From: Leucoraja ocellata
Lineage: Eukaryota
Direction: 5' to 3'
NCBI GenBank assembly: GCA_036785375.1
Contig: JAWMAR010000033.1
Coordinates: forward strand, 9,548,001 to 9,612,000
DNA: 64,000 bases
Positions within the stretch are counted from its first letter, which is position 1. Every line of letters begins with the position of its first letter. Made by a program: the position numbers and the translations under genes. The notes under the pieces are model-generated. The model saw only the letters and a list, made by a program, of their open reading frames with translations, was not told where the DNA came from and did no database searches. Shown here one piece after another: positions 50,301 to 62,549 of this stretch.

Positions 50301-53300
50301 GAAGAACATGGATAGGTGACGTTTTCTTCACATCCGAAACATCACCCGTTCATGTTCTCCAGAGATGCTCCCTGACCCGCTGAGTTACTCCAGCACTTTG
50401 TGCTTATCTTTGGTATAACCCAGCATCAGCAGTTCCTTTACATTACATCCTTTCGTTGAAGGGTTTTGGCCCGAACATTATCTATTTCCTTCGCTCCATA
50501 GATGCTGCTGCACCCGCTGAGTTTCTCCAGCATTTTTGTGTACACTGATCTGTTCTGTATTCATGCCTTCTATATTCTGTTGTTTTGTTTTTTTTTGCCC
50601 GACTGTTCAGGAATTGATTTTTTACTTGTGCTGCTTGTTTTACTGACAATTGCTAAAGATTGGTGAATTGTTTACTCTCTCTTTCCCTGCCTTTTTTGAA
50701 CAGGGTGTCTGCCGATTACCAGAAGAGAGTGATGGCACTGAGTATCCATTCAGGAGAATTGACATCAGGTGAGTTAATGAAATAATGATGAATCAAAATG
50801 CTCTATCCATCGGGTATTGGACCAGCAGGTAGAAGATGGGTGGCACCGGTTAAAATAAAGGAACCAGGAACTTTAATTAAACTCACACTAAAGTGTCTGC
50901 AATTAATTAAAAACATTAAGATCAAGAAAACATAGAAACATAGAAACATAGAAAATAGGTGCAGGAGTAGACCGTTCGGCCCTTCGAGCCTGCACCGCCA
51001 TTCAATATGATCATGGCTGATCATCCAACTCAGTATCCCATCCCTGCCTTCTCTCCATACCCCCGATCCCTTTAGCCACAAGGGCCATATCTAACTCCCT
51101 CTTAAATATAGCCAATGAACTGTGGCCTCAACTACCTTCTGCGGCAGAGAATTCCAGAGATTCACCACTCTCTGTGTGAAAAAGGTTTTCCTCATCTCGG
51201 TCCTAAAAGATTTCCCCCTTATCCTTAAACTGTGACCCCTTGTTCTGGACTTCACCAACATCGGGAATAATCTTCCTGCATCTAGCCTGTCCAACCCCTT
51301 AAGAATTTTGTAAGTTTCTATAAGATCCCCCCTCAATCTTCTAAATTCTAGCGAGTACAAACCGAGTCTATCCAGTCTTTCTTCAATAGTAGATAAACTG
51401 TAGATAAACTATAGATTAAGATAAAGAGAAAAGGGTAGTATGGTGGAGCAGTGGTAGAGTTGTTGCCTTACAGTGCTTGCAGCTCCGTGTGCTGTTTGTA
51501 GGTAGTTTGTACGTTCTCCCTGTGACCCACGTGGGTTTTCTCTAAGATCTTTGTTTCCTCCCACACTCCAAAGATGTACAGGTTTGTAGGTGAATTGGCT
51601 TGGTGTAACCTTGCTGTCTCCTCCCCTTCTCAGCTCTCCCTCAGCCCTTGGGCTCCTCCTCTTCCTTTTTCCTTTCTTCTCCCCACCCTACATCAGTCTG
51701 AAGAAGGGTTTTGACCCGAAACGTTGCCTATTTCCTTGCTCCATGGATGCTGCTGCACCCGCTGGGTTTCTCCAGCACCTTTGTCTACCTGGTATAAATG
51801 TAAATTGTTTCTTGTGTGGGTAGGATAGTGTTAATGTGCGGGGATCACTGGTCGGTGCAGACTCGGTGGGCTGAAGGGCCTGTGTCCGCGCTGTATCTAA
51901 ACTAAAACTAAAGTAAAATCAATTTTAACCTTGGAATAAAAATAAAGATGATTGAGAGGAACTCAGCAGGTCAGTCAGCATCTGTGGAGAGGAATAGCCG
52001 ATGAACAAGTGGATTGCTAAATTGCACATGAGATTAAAACATTAAAAAATGATTTTGGTTTAGTGCATAACTGTAAAAATTAACAATATATGCCGAAATC
52101 TAACTCTTTGTTGGCTGTTTCAGGAAGAAAGGATGTTAGTCTTCAATTGGTTTTATCTCGATGGTCATTAGGAGCGCTTTGTTGCTCCCAACAATAGTGG
52201 TCGTGATAGCTAGCTTTGCCATTGCCTTTATGTACTTGTATTCATGTATATTTAAAAGGGATATACCAAATGGAAACTATTTCAGAAATTGGGCAAGTGA
52301 ACACGATCCCAAACGCAAATGATTTGAGGAATGAACCACCTCCATTGTTCAGTAGCTTATGGTCCTTTGGCTAAAGGTTGCTAACTGTGGACGTTTCACC
52401 TGCAGGCTCATTCCAAAGGATCAGTATTTCTGTGGCGTGCTTTATTTCACCGGAAGTGATCTTTTTAACAAGAACATGAGGACCCAGGCCCTGGAAAAAG
52501 GCTTCACATTGAATGAGTACACTATTCGTCCATTGGGAGTGACAGGTAGGAGCTGAATCCTTTTGGAAGCATAGAAACACAAGAAACTGCAGGTGCTGGA
52601 ATCGTGAGCAAAGCATAAAGTGCTGGAGGAACTCGGCTGGTCAGGCAGCATCTGTGAAGAGGACAGATGGACCTGAGGACCTCCTGGTGGGGAGCGGGGG
52701 TGCAAAGGGACTGGACATCATGGTGAAGATGTGGAGATGGTGCCTAAAAACTGAGGTTGCTGACATGTTGGAGAACATGTGAGGTGTCTCGGATGTAGAT
52801 TAGGACTGGACAAGGTAGAACTGAGCTATTTGGTGATGAGTTACTGGAGAGTATTCTGAGGGGTAAGACAAATATATGCATTTGGGTAGACAGGGGCTGA
52901 CCAGGCTAGTCAACATGGTTTTGTATACGGGCGATTGTGCCTTATGAATCTGAGTTTTTTGAGGAAACAAAGCAAAAAGATGATTGAGAACAAGGCCATG
53001 GACGTCTATATGGACTCGACAAGCATTTGATAAGGTGATTTGATTTGGTAGGCTGGATTGAGACACTTCTTCAGATGTAGGTTAGATCTTATGGGATTCA
53101 CAGTCAAATAAATGTGCAGTCTTTTACTCCGAGTAGGGGGATTCAAGAACCTGGGGAGAGAGGTTTATGATGAGATTTGAAACTTAATAGGAACCTGAGG
53201 GGCAACCTTTCCCACAGAGGATGGTGGGCATATGGAATGAGCTGCCAGAGGAGGTGGTTGAAGCAGGTATTATAGCAACATTTAAAAAACATTTGGACAG

Positions 53301-56300
53301 GTTCATAGATAGGGAAGGTTTAGATGGGCATGGGCCAATTGTGGGCAGGTAGCACTAGTAGATGGGGCATCTTGCTCAGCATGGGCAAGTTGGGCCGAAG
53401 GGCCTGTTCCTGTGCTGTATGACTCTTATTTTTATTTAGCGAATGCAAAGTCCTTTAGCCAAGCAGTTGCCTCTTGATCTGCTGTATGAAGGGTGACAAG
53501 TCCTCCTTTGAGTCTTTGTTGAGGGCATGCTTCAATGATGTGTTGCATTGTTTGCTGCTCTCCACAAGCACACCATGGGGTTGGAATGCTGCCCCATTTG
53601 TGAAGGCTGGCCAAGCAGGGGCCATGTCCAGTCCTGAATCTATTCAGCGTCGTCCACTGCTTCCTTGGGAGATTAGTGCCAGGGACCGGTAGGGTGGGGT
53701 CTGACACCAGATGTTTATTTGGGACGTCCTTGGACTCCCATTCCTTTTTCCAAGCTGATTGGATGGTGAAATCAGCTGGTGGTGGGTTCTTCCAAATTGG
53801 TCGTCTAGATGGAAGTCGAGCAGTGGGTGGGTTGAAGATGTCCGTGTGAATTGGCAGGTGAGGGGAGTTTTTGGTCTTTTGGAGCATCCTTTGAGTGAGG
53901 ACTACTCGCCGGATGTGTGGAGGGGCTATGTTGGATAGGACAGGGAGCCAGGGGAGTGGTGTTGAGCGGATTGTTCCTGTGATGATCCTCATTGTTGAGT
54001 TCAGTTGAGTGTCCACATGGTGTGTGTGGGATGACCTGGACCAAACAGGGGCACAATATTCGGCTGAAGAAAATGCAAGGGCTAGTGCTGAAATGCGCAG
54101 TGTGGGGCTGCTGCCCCCCACTTTGAGCCAGCAAGCTTTCTGAGGAGATTGTTTCTGGAATTCACCATAGCTGCTGTTCTTTTGAGATGTTCCTTGAAGG
54201 ATAGGGTCCTGTCAAGGGTCACTCCGAGGTAGGTTGGAGTGGGGGCATACTTCAGTTTGGTCCTGCTCAGATAGATGTTTGGTTCTCTTGTGGCTTCTGC
54301 ATTATGGAGGTGGAACACACTGGAGACCGTTTTTTCTGGGCTTGGTTTTAGGCGCCAGGTTTTGCAGTACTTGTCCAGTTTAGCAAGGTCTTTAGCATGA
54401 CTCTTATTACTTTATTATAACTATTTTGCAGAATGTGCAAAGTTTTAAACTTATCATTTATTCTCATATAACACTCCAAACCATGAAGGAATTGTAGCCA
54501 ATATTACCAATGCTGGTGAGCGATATGGGAACAAGAGCGTGCTTAAAATATTGCGGCTAAAATCACTGAATAGCTGACAAAATTATGTGGTCTCAATGCT
54601 GGCATTGGTGAGAAGCAGATTATCATAATGTGCCAACGCCAAGCTTCATCTGCAAGTGAAAAAAGATCAACAAACATCAAAGATGGACACAAAATGCTTT
54701 AATAACTCAGAGGAACAGGCAGCATTTCTGGATGGATGGAATGGGAGATGATTCGGGTCAAGACCCTTCTTCAGATGTCAGCGTCTGAAGAAGTGTCTCA
54801 ACCTGAAATGTCACCCACTCCTTCTCTCCAGAGATGTTCCCTGACCCGCTGAGTTAGTCCAGCTATATGTGCCCAACGTTATCGCTAAGAAAATCAAGGG
54901 ATATGGAAAGAAAGCATTTGGATGATCAGCCATGATCGTATTGAAAAACGTACAACTCTTTGGGCGACTACTCACGACCATACAGGCGTCATGTGTCGAC
55001 ATGTCGCGGGGTGACGCCCGTATGTCTGTGAGTAAGTAGTCACCCAAAGAGTCTTCCCTGTTTTTGGTCGCCTCTGGATTTTCAACATTTTGAGACATTT
55101 CGGTGAACTGCACACAATACTCCTGATGCTGTAAACTCCTTGTGTGGAGGAAATTGATAACAATCTGGAGAGAGTAAAGTTGGATATGATTGGTGTGTGG
55201 TTGATGGTCAGTATGGAGTCAGTGGGCCGAAGGGCCTGTTTCAGTGCTGTATTTCTCTTTGACTACAATAGTTTATGAAGTTGGGAGTAGAGGATGGGAG
55301 GCATATGTCGAGCAGGAGAACTTGGTTGAAAAACTCGTTTATTATAGATTTGATACCACGTATGTTAGACAACATTTAAAGATGTTGGTTTCAATAAAAT
55401 ACTTTTTTTTAAATATTTCTCTACTCAAAGAAACCTTAGAGAGAATTCAATAAACTTCTGTAGTGTGGTATGATATGTTTTTGATTGTGGTGTGAAAATA
55501 GCTCTCCAATCTCACCGAGTTATATCTATTTTTATGGTTTGGGTCACCCTTACTAAGAGAAATGCAATTTAAATAATTTAGTTCTGGGTGGTAAGAAAGG
55601 GATGCTTCCACAGATGGTCATTGATGGGAGAGATTCTAAATTACAAGTGGTAAATACATTGAAAACTGAAAGGTCTGTTTCATTGTGAAGTTACATGTGT
55701 GGGAAGAAGGTTTCTATGCCAAACTGACCACTTTCTGATGTGAAATTAGTGTGTTAGGCTGCCCTAGACTGCATGGGATGCAAATGAATGTCTGGCACCA
55801 GACCTACCAGTGAGGTTTTCAAATCCCTTGTACAACATAAACTGTGGAGAAAAACACAAAATGCTGGAAGTCAGTGGGTCGAACAGCATCTGGGGGGGAA
55901 TCGACAGACTAAAGGACCTGTCCCACATGCGTTTTTTATTTTTTTTGGCGACTGCCGGCACCCGTCATAGTCGCAGCAGGTCGCCGAAGATTTTCAAAAA
56001 TGTTGAAAATCCAGAGGCGACCAGAGAAAGGTACGACTCTTTGGGTGACTACTCACGACCATACAGGCGTTACCCCACGACATGCCGACACGTGATGCCT
56101 GTACAGCGGGTGAGGCAGCTTCATGCAATCCTTGCATCTCACCTCCTGACTTTCTCCTGCATTTTTGTCTACCATCGATTTTTCCAGCATCTGCAGTTCT
56201 TTCTTAAACATATTGACAGAAGGTGCGTGGTTGTGCCGGGGGCTTTGCGCAGGATACGGTACGGCCAGAGTTAGGGGTAGCATTCAGCCCGGGGGCCGCA

Positions 56301-56566
56301 AGTTGCCGACCTCTGCTCTACACGTTGTACAGACAGCACCTGAGGGAAGGATCAAAGCAAGGTCTCTGATGCTGTAAGATGGCAACTCTAGTGCCATGCA
56401 GTTTTCTTGCACACTGATGTATTGAGTGAAATGATTGTTGCATCATTGACATTGTGCTGTGTTGGCGGCAGGAATCCCTGGCGAACCACTACCAGTGGAG
56501 AGTGAAAGCGACATCTTTGAATACATTGAATGGCGATACAAGGAACCGAAAGAACGAAGTGAGTGA
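20279..56566 (+). CDS. POLB: DNA polymerase beta, 14 exons, 1008 nt, 335 aa, intact
   Basis: MSKRKAPQE start, lyase K72, GSFRRG, catalytic D190/D192/D256, YFTGS, NEY; exon sizes 61,58,67,75,59,50,52,55,73,71,87,65,140,95 sum to 1008. Confidence 0.97.
20370..20740 (+). repeat. Polypyrimidine (CCT/CCCT) low-complexity tract in POLB intron 1
   Basis: About 370 nt almost free of purines on the plus strand. Confidence 0.92.
20911..20968 (+). CDS. POLB: POLB exon 2
   Basis: [20 protein letters not shown]. Confidence 0.95.
21381..21700 (-). mobile_element. HE1-type V-SINE, full length
   Basis: Reverse complement of the same family; further copies near 11340-11720, 12335-12632, 13384-13640, 27100-27369, 39364-39670, 40364-40680, 45248-45605 and 51435-51912. 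Confidence 0.85.
21949..22015 (+). CDS. POLB: POLB exon 3
   Basis: [22 protein letters not shown]. Confidence 0.95.
22193..22267 (+). CDS. POLB: POLB exon 4
   Basis: [25 protein letters not shown]. Confidence 0.95.
22935..23261 (+). mobile_element. RTE-clade LINE 3' fragment
   Basis: [20 protein letters not shown]...[15 protein letters not shown] (degenerate C-terminal zinc finger); (GAT)n tail. Confidence 0.7.
23321..23379 (+). CDS. POLB: POLB exon 5
   Basis: [20 protein letters not shown]. Confidence 0.95.
23982..24031 (+). CDS. POLB: POLB exon 6
   Basis: [16 protein letters not shown]. Confidence 0.95.
24797..24848 (+). CDS. POLB: POLB exon 7
   Basis: [18 protein letters not shown]. 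Confidence 0.95.
26906..26960 (+). CDS. POLB: POLB exon 8
   Basis: [18 protein letters not shown]. Confidence 0.95.
27421..27782 (+). mobile_element. CR1-clade LINE 3' end
   Basis: [46 protein letters not shown]. Confidence 0.85.
28130..28600 (+). mobile_element. L1-like ORF2 fragment containing a 96-bp hammerhead element (28239-28334, 16-bp TSD)
   Basis: [16 protein letters not shown]...[17 protein letters not shown]; TSD tggatcaacaaccaga at 28223-28238 and 28335-28350. Confidence 0.65.
28918..28990 (+). CDS. POLB: POLB exon 9
   Basis: [24 protein letters not shown]. Confidence 0.95.
29260..29495 (+). mobile_element. Penelope-like element remnant (RT thumb/linker region)
   Basis: ICSQDEAFH..., KRGFP and [20 protein letters not shown] resemble PLE motifs (RICS, RGYP, PLVLTYHP). 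Confidence 0.65.
29692..29762 (+). CDS. POLB: POLB exon 10
   Basis: [24 protein letters not shown]. Confidence 0.95.
31150..32186. mobile_element. Non-autonomous DNA element with TAG...CTA ends and 7-8 bp TSD
   Basis: TIR TAGCAACGTTACAAAA / TTTTGCAACATACCTA; flanking (a)catcatg. Confidence 0.65.
35393..35479 (+). CDS. POLB: POLB exon 11
   Basis: [29 protein letters not shown]. Confidence 0.95.
35677..35993 (+). mobile_element. HE1-type V-SINE, full length
   Basis: GGCACGGTGGCGCAGCGGTAGAGTTGCTGCC head, V core, ctctaaactaaac tail. Confidence 0.85.
36638..37120 (-). mobile_element. CR1-clade LINE 3' end
   Basis: [24 protein letters not shown]...; same family at 50926-51385. Confidence 0.85.
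41105..41690 (+). mobile_element. Rex1/Babar-like LINE 3' fragment with (TTCA)n tail
   Basis: [41 protein letters not shown]; older related pieces at 38330-39360 and 40060-40320. Confidence 0.75.
41942..43706 (-). mobile_element. Degenerate Tc1-family DNA transposon (IR/DR type) with a CR1 insert at ~42372-42532
   Basis: ~220-bp TIRs, each with two cataatgtttgg repeats; right end CACTG|TA; transposase C-terminus [18 protein letters not shown] on minus. Confidence 0.88.
45655..46480 (-). mobile_element. GC-rich non-autonomous retroelement with (ATTGT)n tail
   Basis: Begins ggatggcggtg on minus, CpG-rich body, tandem tail; a related piece at 16630-17280 is split by CR1. Confidence 0.5.
48537..48868. 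mobile_element. PIF/Harbinger-type MITE
   Basis: ~50-bp TIR ggccctgtcccacagtacgagttcat...; TAA/TTA flanks; related fragments near 44440-44598, 47710-47900, 54950-55110 and 55913-56105. Confidence 0.8.
50704..50768 (+). CDS. POLB: POLB exon 12
   Basis: [22 protein letters not shown]. Confidence 0.95.
50926..51385 (-). mobile_element. CR1-clade LINE 3' end
   Basis: [32 protein letters not shown]...VVNLWNSLP. Confidence 0.88.
52406..52545 (+). CDS. POLB: POLB exon 13
   Basis: [46 protein letters not shown]. Confidence 0.96.
53431..54396 (-). mobile_element. Young 5'-truncated non-LTR retrotransposon (I group, Vingi/Ingi-like)
   Basis: [27 protein letters not shown] and C-terminal CACG...HIIEAC knuckle; no RNase H; 12-bp TSD atgactcttatt (53419-53430, 54397-54408). 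Confidence 0.8.
56472..56566 (+). CDS. POLB: POLB exon 14 (stop)
   Basis: [31 protein letters not shown]. Confidence 0.95.
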
Positions 56567-56777
56567 TTGCGTGCCACCTGACAACCACGCACAGTCACCT
56601 CACAGAACACGCCGGGGTTTAGTGGGAGCGAGAATGTGCTGAATCTTGACGAGTAAAGAACCAAGTGAAATATTCCAGAAGGAATTCTCAATAACTTTAT
56701 TCAAGACCTGGGTTTTGGCTAGCATGTTATGTATTTATAGAGATCAACTTTTGTACAAGGTCCCATGCAGTAATATC

Positions 56778-56836
56778 AATAAAGCACAATTAGGGATCTG
56801 CGGTGTAGTATTTAATCATGAATGAAAAATAATAAA
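56778..56836 (+). terminator. POLB polyadenylation signals (AATAAA at 56778 and 56831)
   Basis: Two AATAAA hexamers 210-270 nt after the stop. Confidence 0.6.
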
Positions 56837-57984
56837 TACAAATATTCACATCATGTTGGTAAAAAGAGTGGAGCAGAAGAGAAGTACTGGTCAGATAACA
56901 TCATAGAAACATAGAAAATAGGTACAGGAGGAGGCCCTTCGAGCCAGCATCGCCATTCATTGTGATCATGGCTGATCGGCCCCTATCAATAACCCGTGCC
57001 TGCCTTCTCCCCATATCCCTTGACTCCACCAGCCCCTAGAGCTCTATCTAACTCTCTTAAATCCATCCAGTGACTTGGCCTCCACTGCCCTCTGTGGCAG
57101 GGAATTCCATAAATTCACAACATCAAACTATGCAAATCACTGCAACATTCACAGTTAGACCATCTCCAAACTTAACTCAACATCACTGATAATTTCCAAT
57201 CAATCCCCTTTAATTCTTTTGATAAATGAATACAGTATATAGATTGTTTACTTAGTTGATCATTGCAAAGACAATAAATATTAGTGTCCCATTCTCCGCT
57301 TGGCTTGTACGCGGAATACTTTCACAAAAGATTTGCAAGAGGTCAACTTTGTGGTGGCAATGTGGGCCATCGTACCTCTGGCTAACGTGGATACTCTGAG
57401 TCGTACAGAGCTCCCACCTGGCTGTATGCAGCCATGTTGAGTTAGAGGGTGGTGAACTACATTGCCTCGGAAGGCTGTGGAGGCCAAGTCAATGGATATG
57501 TTTAAGGCAGAGATGGATAGAGTCTTGATTAGTACGGGTGTCGGGGGTTATGGGGAGAAGGCAGGAGAATGGGGTTAGGAGGGAGAGATAGATCAGCCGT
57601 CATGGAATGGCGAAGTAGACTTGATGGGCCGAATGGCCTAATGTTGCTCCTCTCACGTATGAACTCATGTCTGTCTCACAAGTTAGAGTGATAGAGTCAT
57701 CACTTTGGCCCAACGTACCCATGCCGACTAAGATGCCTCATCTAGGGGGATCTTGGCCGGCATAGGCAATTTGACCCATGCCGACCTGCCTGCTTTTGAC
57801 CCATATCCCTCTAAACCAGTGTCACCTTGCCACATTTGGCTCAGATTCCTCTACATCCAGCTGTCCAAGTTATGATGCTTTAGGTCACCTGCAACAGTGC
57901 TTGGAGCATAGCTTCTCTATCCATGGCATGAGCACCATTCAGCTGCTGTGTCTTGCTCTGTGAGCCTGAACTGTTTCTGGCATG

Positions 57985-58117
57985 TGTGGGAAGGAACTTG
58001 CGCGTGCTGGTTTAAACCGAAGATGGACACAAAATGCTGGAGTAACTCAGCGGGACAGGCAGCATCTCTGGAGAGAAGGAATGGGTGACGTTTCGGGTCG
58101 AGACCCTTCTTCAGACT
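57985..58117 (-). ncRNA. Putative minimal type I hammerhead ribozyme motif in a short repeat (core 58087-58114)
   Basis: Minus strand: CTGAAGA A GGGTC TC GACCC GAAAC GTC; stem I is weak, so activity is uncertain. Confidence 0.55.
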
Positions 58118-61100
58118 GTTGATAGAACCTAGATTTTTGAAGAAGGGTTTTATTTCCAGAAACTTGAGACGTTGTTTTGATTTGAGTTAAACTATGTGAC
58201 GTATACTATGAGCCCAGTTCTCTAAAAATCATGAAATATTACCTGAAATTTGGCAAATGTTTGTTTTACTAATTGAGTGCATGCATCAATATTTTGAGGT
58301 TGGATGTAAGTGATGGATGTGTGATTCTTCTTTCAGTTTGTCAGATCTTTAGGTTGTCTACTCTGTTGGTGGGTGGGGTGGGGGGGGAACATGAACTATA
58401 TATTACGGCTTTGAGAGGAAACATTCATTAGATTTAACGGAGGTTAGACTGCAGGTATTGTAATCTGGAGCAAAAAACAAACTGCACCAATCTCTCCCCC
58501 CCCACCCCCCCTCCCTCAATGTCAGTAAAATAGACAATAGATAATAGGTGCAGGAGCAGGCTATTTGGCCCTTCGAGCCAGCACCACCATTCAATGTGAT
58601 CATGGCTAATCATCCCCAATCAGTACCCCGTTCCTGCCTTCTCCCCATATCCCCTGACTCCGCTATTTTTAAGAGCCTTATCTAGCTCTCCCTTGAAAGC
58701 ATCCAGGGAACCTGCCTCCACCGCTCTCTGAGGGAGAGAATTCCACAGACTCACCACTCTCTGTGAGAAAAAGTGTTTCCTCGTCTCCGTTCTAAATGGC
58801 TTACTCCTTATTCTTAATGAAGTGGGGTGGCTATATCAACGGTGCTGAAGTGGTGATGGTTGAGAGTGTCAGGTTCCTCGGCATAAATCCCGCCAACAAT
58901 TGATCCTCATCGAGACACCTTGAAGCTGCAGCCAGGAAGGCAGGACAATGCCTTTAGCCTCGGAAGGCTAAGGAAGTTCGGCATGCCACCTCTCCCTCCT
59001 ACTAATTTCTACAGATGCACCATAGAAGGCATCTAGTCAAGATGCAGGTAGACAAAAATGCTGGAGAAACTCAGCGGGTGAGGCAGCATCTATCAGGATG
59101 CAGCACAGCTTTGCCCAACACTGCACTGAACTGCAGACAGTTGTGAATCACGTAGACCTCCCCCGACTCTCAGTCTGAAGAAGGGTCTCGATCCAAAGAA
59201 GGATCTCAACCCGAAACATCACCCATTCCTTCTCTCCAGAGATGCTGCCTGTCCCACCGAGTTACTCCAGAATTTTGAGTCTAGTACTAACTTTTATTGT
59301 TGTATTTTATACTTGTCTTATTTTATTTTAGCATGTTTTTATTTTCTATTCTTTTTAGTAACTGTAATTGCTTTTGATTGCTCTTTAATGCTTTGTGTAA
59401 AGCACTTTGAATCGCCTTGTTGTTGAAATGTGTTATATAAATAAACTTGCTTGCTATCTTTGGTGTAAACCAGCATCTACAGTTCTTTCTTACACATAGA
59501 CCAGCCCCTGTTAACTCCTTCTATACTTCCAGTTGATCTCTCAGTCTACCTTGTTTTGGCCCTTGCACTTTTCATGTATCTGCAGTTCCTCTGTTGCTGT
59601 TACACTATTCTCCACTCTGTTTATTTTCTCTGTTGCACTACCTGAGGTACTCGTGTCTGCCGTGAATCGCTTGGATAGCACACATCAATGTCTCTTGCTA
59701 CACACAAGAATTAACAAACACCAATATTCTTATGAGTGACACACATTCTAGATTGGGTTGAGAGCTGCTTACTTATGGTAATAAAATATGAGTGGTGAAA
59801 AGTTCTGCTCCTCTCCCAACTTATAAATTGAGTAGCTTATGTTCCATTTTAAGGACAGTATCACTAATAACTTTGTGCTACAAACTTCACAAGTTATGTT
59901 CAACTCACAACCTTTTATCCTTTGATGTAAGTGCTGGCGTTTGTGGACAGAAACTTTATTTTTCTTTTTGCACTCATTTGCAGAGGTATAAGAAGAAAGA
60001 ACAGCTTGGTTGACTTTACTGTTGTGTGTGTAATAGTGTGCGTTCTCTTTCACTATACTTTATAATATATGTTCCCTTTCAGCTAATAAAATATTAATCT
60101 GAATTGACATTGGAAGAAGTTGTATCAAATTTAATTTCACATTGGTCATGCAAAATTCTATTTAATGTAGAAAATAATATGAACATCTGCAGTTCCAGAT
60201 ACAAACATATCACATTTAGAAATTTGAACACTCCACACAACTGCTTAAAAAAATGAATTTTCATTTTTGCGCCATTTCAAGTGATTTTGTTTATTTGATC
60301 TTTTTGATTGATTTGAAATATTTTAAGTTTATAAATTATTAGAGTGTGAGATTATTAAATTGTTAAATAGCTTGAAATGCAGAAATAGTTACATAGTTTT
60401 GAAAAATAATAATACAAAATCAATTGATTTAACAAAAGATAGCATTTGTATATCGTTACAAATTGATACAGTAACTGAGCAGTGTATCCTGTAGCTGCGG
60501 AAAGCTAGACTGTACGAAATATATTTTTGGACAAGCTATGTTTGGAGTATTACATGGTGGTTTGGTCACCCTATTACAGGAAGGATGTGGAGGCTTTGGA
60601 GAGGGTGTAGAAGATGGTTTGAGGGGAGAAATATATACAATTTTGAGAGGCATCAATAGAATATTCAGGCAGAACCTTTTTCCCAGGGTAGTCACGGCTT
60701 TACGGCCAACGAGATGTGTGACAACTTTACCACAATCCACCACAGTCCCCAAGAATCTCTGCGTAGGAAGGAACTGCAGATGCTGGTTTAAACCGAAGAT
60801 AGACACAAAATGCTGGAGTAACTCAGCGGGACAGGCAGCATCTCTGGAGAGAAGGAACGGGTGATGTTTCATCAGTTTCGACCCAAAACGTCACCCATTC
60901 CTTCTCTCCAGAGACGCTGCCTGTCCTGCTGAGTTACCCCAAGAATTTCTGTTATCTTTGGTGGTGGATATAATCCTAGCACACGCTGGAGTGGCTAAGT
61001 CTTTATCCTGTTGCAGCATCTCCGTGTTCATTAAGTAATGAACCCTGCACATCCATGTTACAGCCATTTCAAACATGTTACATATGTCATTATACTGGAT

Positions 61101-61143
61101 GTGTCTACTTTCGATTTAAACCAGCATCTACAGTCCTTTCTAA

Positions 61144-61360
61144 GCCCCCGTCCCACTTAGAAAACCTGAACGGAAACCTCTGGAGACTTTGCACCCCACC
61201 CAAGGTTTCCGTGCGGTTCCCGGAGGTGGTTGCCGGAGGTTGCAGGTAGTGGAAGCAGGTATGGAGACTGACAAAAACCTCCGGGATCCGCACGGAAACC
61301 TTGGGTGGGGCGCAAAGTCTCCAGAGGTTTCCGTTCAGGTTTCCTAAGTGGGACAGGGGC
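61144..61360. mobile_element. PIF/Harbinger-type MITE, almost wholly palindromic
   Basis: ~85-bp TIRs gcccc(c/t)gtcccacttag...; TA-rich flanks. Confidence 0.82.
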
Positions 61361-62295
61361 TATTATACTATCGTTTGATTTATCCTTTAATTATTTTGTT
61401 ATTTGTATAGGTTCAAGACTGCAACCCTTTTTTTGTTCGTGAATCTACACAATTGGATTTATTTTTAGTATCTGTGTGCTGGATTGCTGTTGATACAGTG
61501 TTACTGTAAATCAGATGTCAAAAATGGGAACAAAAGTTGTTGAATATTTCAACAGAAAATACTCTTTCCCCCCCCCCCCCCCCTCCCAAAAAAGACTTTT
61601 CATTTAAAAAAAAAATCAGAAGATCCATAGTGTACTTTTTCAAGTACATGTCTAAATCATTGTGCTGCTGCAAGTAAGAATTTAAGCGTTCTATCTGGAA
61701 TATATGACACTAAAACACTCTCGACTCTTGACCAAGCTTCATTGCTTATAAAGAGGTCGCTGTAAGTTTGTGTAACAGGGGATGTGCACTCGATAATTCC
61801 CTCTCTGGGACACTTGCCTACAAAGCTATTTTGACTATTGAATTACAAACAAAAGTAGTGGAAAGAAAGAAATGCTGCCAGCACTGGAGATGTGGAATAA
61901 TGCAGGTGATAACAGCATGAAAGATTTAAATTAATGCCAACCATAGGTCTTCCTCAAAGAAGGTCCACAAGTAGCAGAATGTTTGTTTTTTCATGTATCC
62001 TCGAGATTGGGCTACTGTCTACAGCCATCTATATTTTGATGCACCAATTTATTTGGTATACAAAAATGCTGGAGAAACTCAGAGGGTGAGGCAGCATCTA
62101 TGGAGCAAAGGAATAGGCGCCTATTTCCTTCGCTCCATAGATGCTGCCTCACCCACTGAGTTTCTCCAGCATTTTTGTGTACCTTCGATTTTTCCAGCAC
62201 CTGCAATTCATTTGGAACAGCTTTGCTTAATGGTTTTATTGTGATTGGTGCAGTTTGCGACGTGGCTGCAGCAAGTATTCGGAGCTCAGCCCTCA

Positions 62296-62549
62296 CTAGA
62301 CGCGTTGGCAGACCCGTAGCCTGGAGTTGCCTTGAGACGAGTCTTCGTTCTGGTGGCGGCAGGCCAAGCCTGGTCCGCAGGCACACCGCTGGAAGATCTC
62401 TGGCCCCTGAGGGCCATCCTTCCTCCCTCGTTTCGAGCAGACCTGGCCTTCTTTCAGGACAGGCCGGCAGATCTTCGACCAGAAGTGACGGGCGCAACAC
62501 AGTCCAGCGGAACAATCTGAAGTTCTCAGGCACGTCTCCCCTTCCAGAC
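62296..62549 (-). CDS. DKK4: Dickkopf-4 last exon (CRD2, colipase-fold domain); upstream exons lie beyond the window
   Basis: [64 protein letters not shown]...RLRVCQRV*; ttgcAG acceptor on minus; DKK4-type RGxKD, PEIFQRC and RLRVCQ; convergent with POLB; AATAAA on minus at 62240-62235. Confidence 0.88.

Noticed and set aside
53432-54121. 229-aa ORF as a nested host gene
   Set aside because: It is the C-terminus of a non-LTR retrotransposon ORF bounded by a TSD
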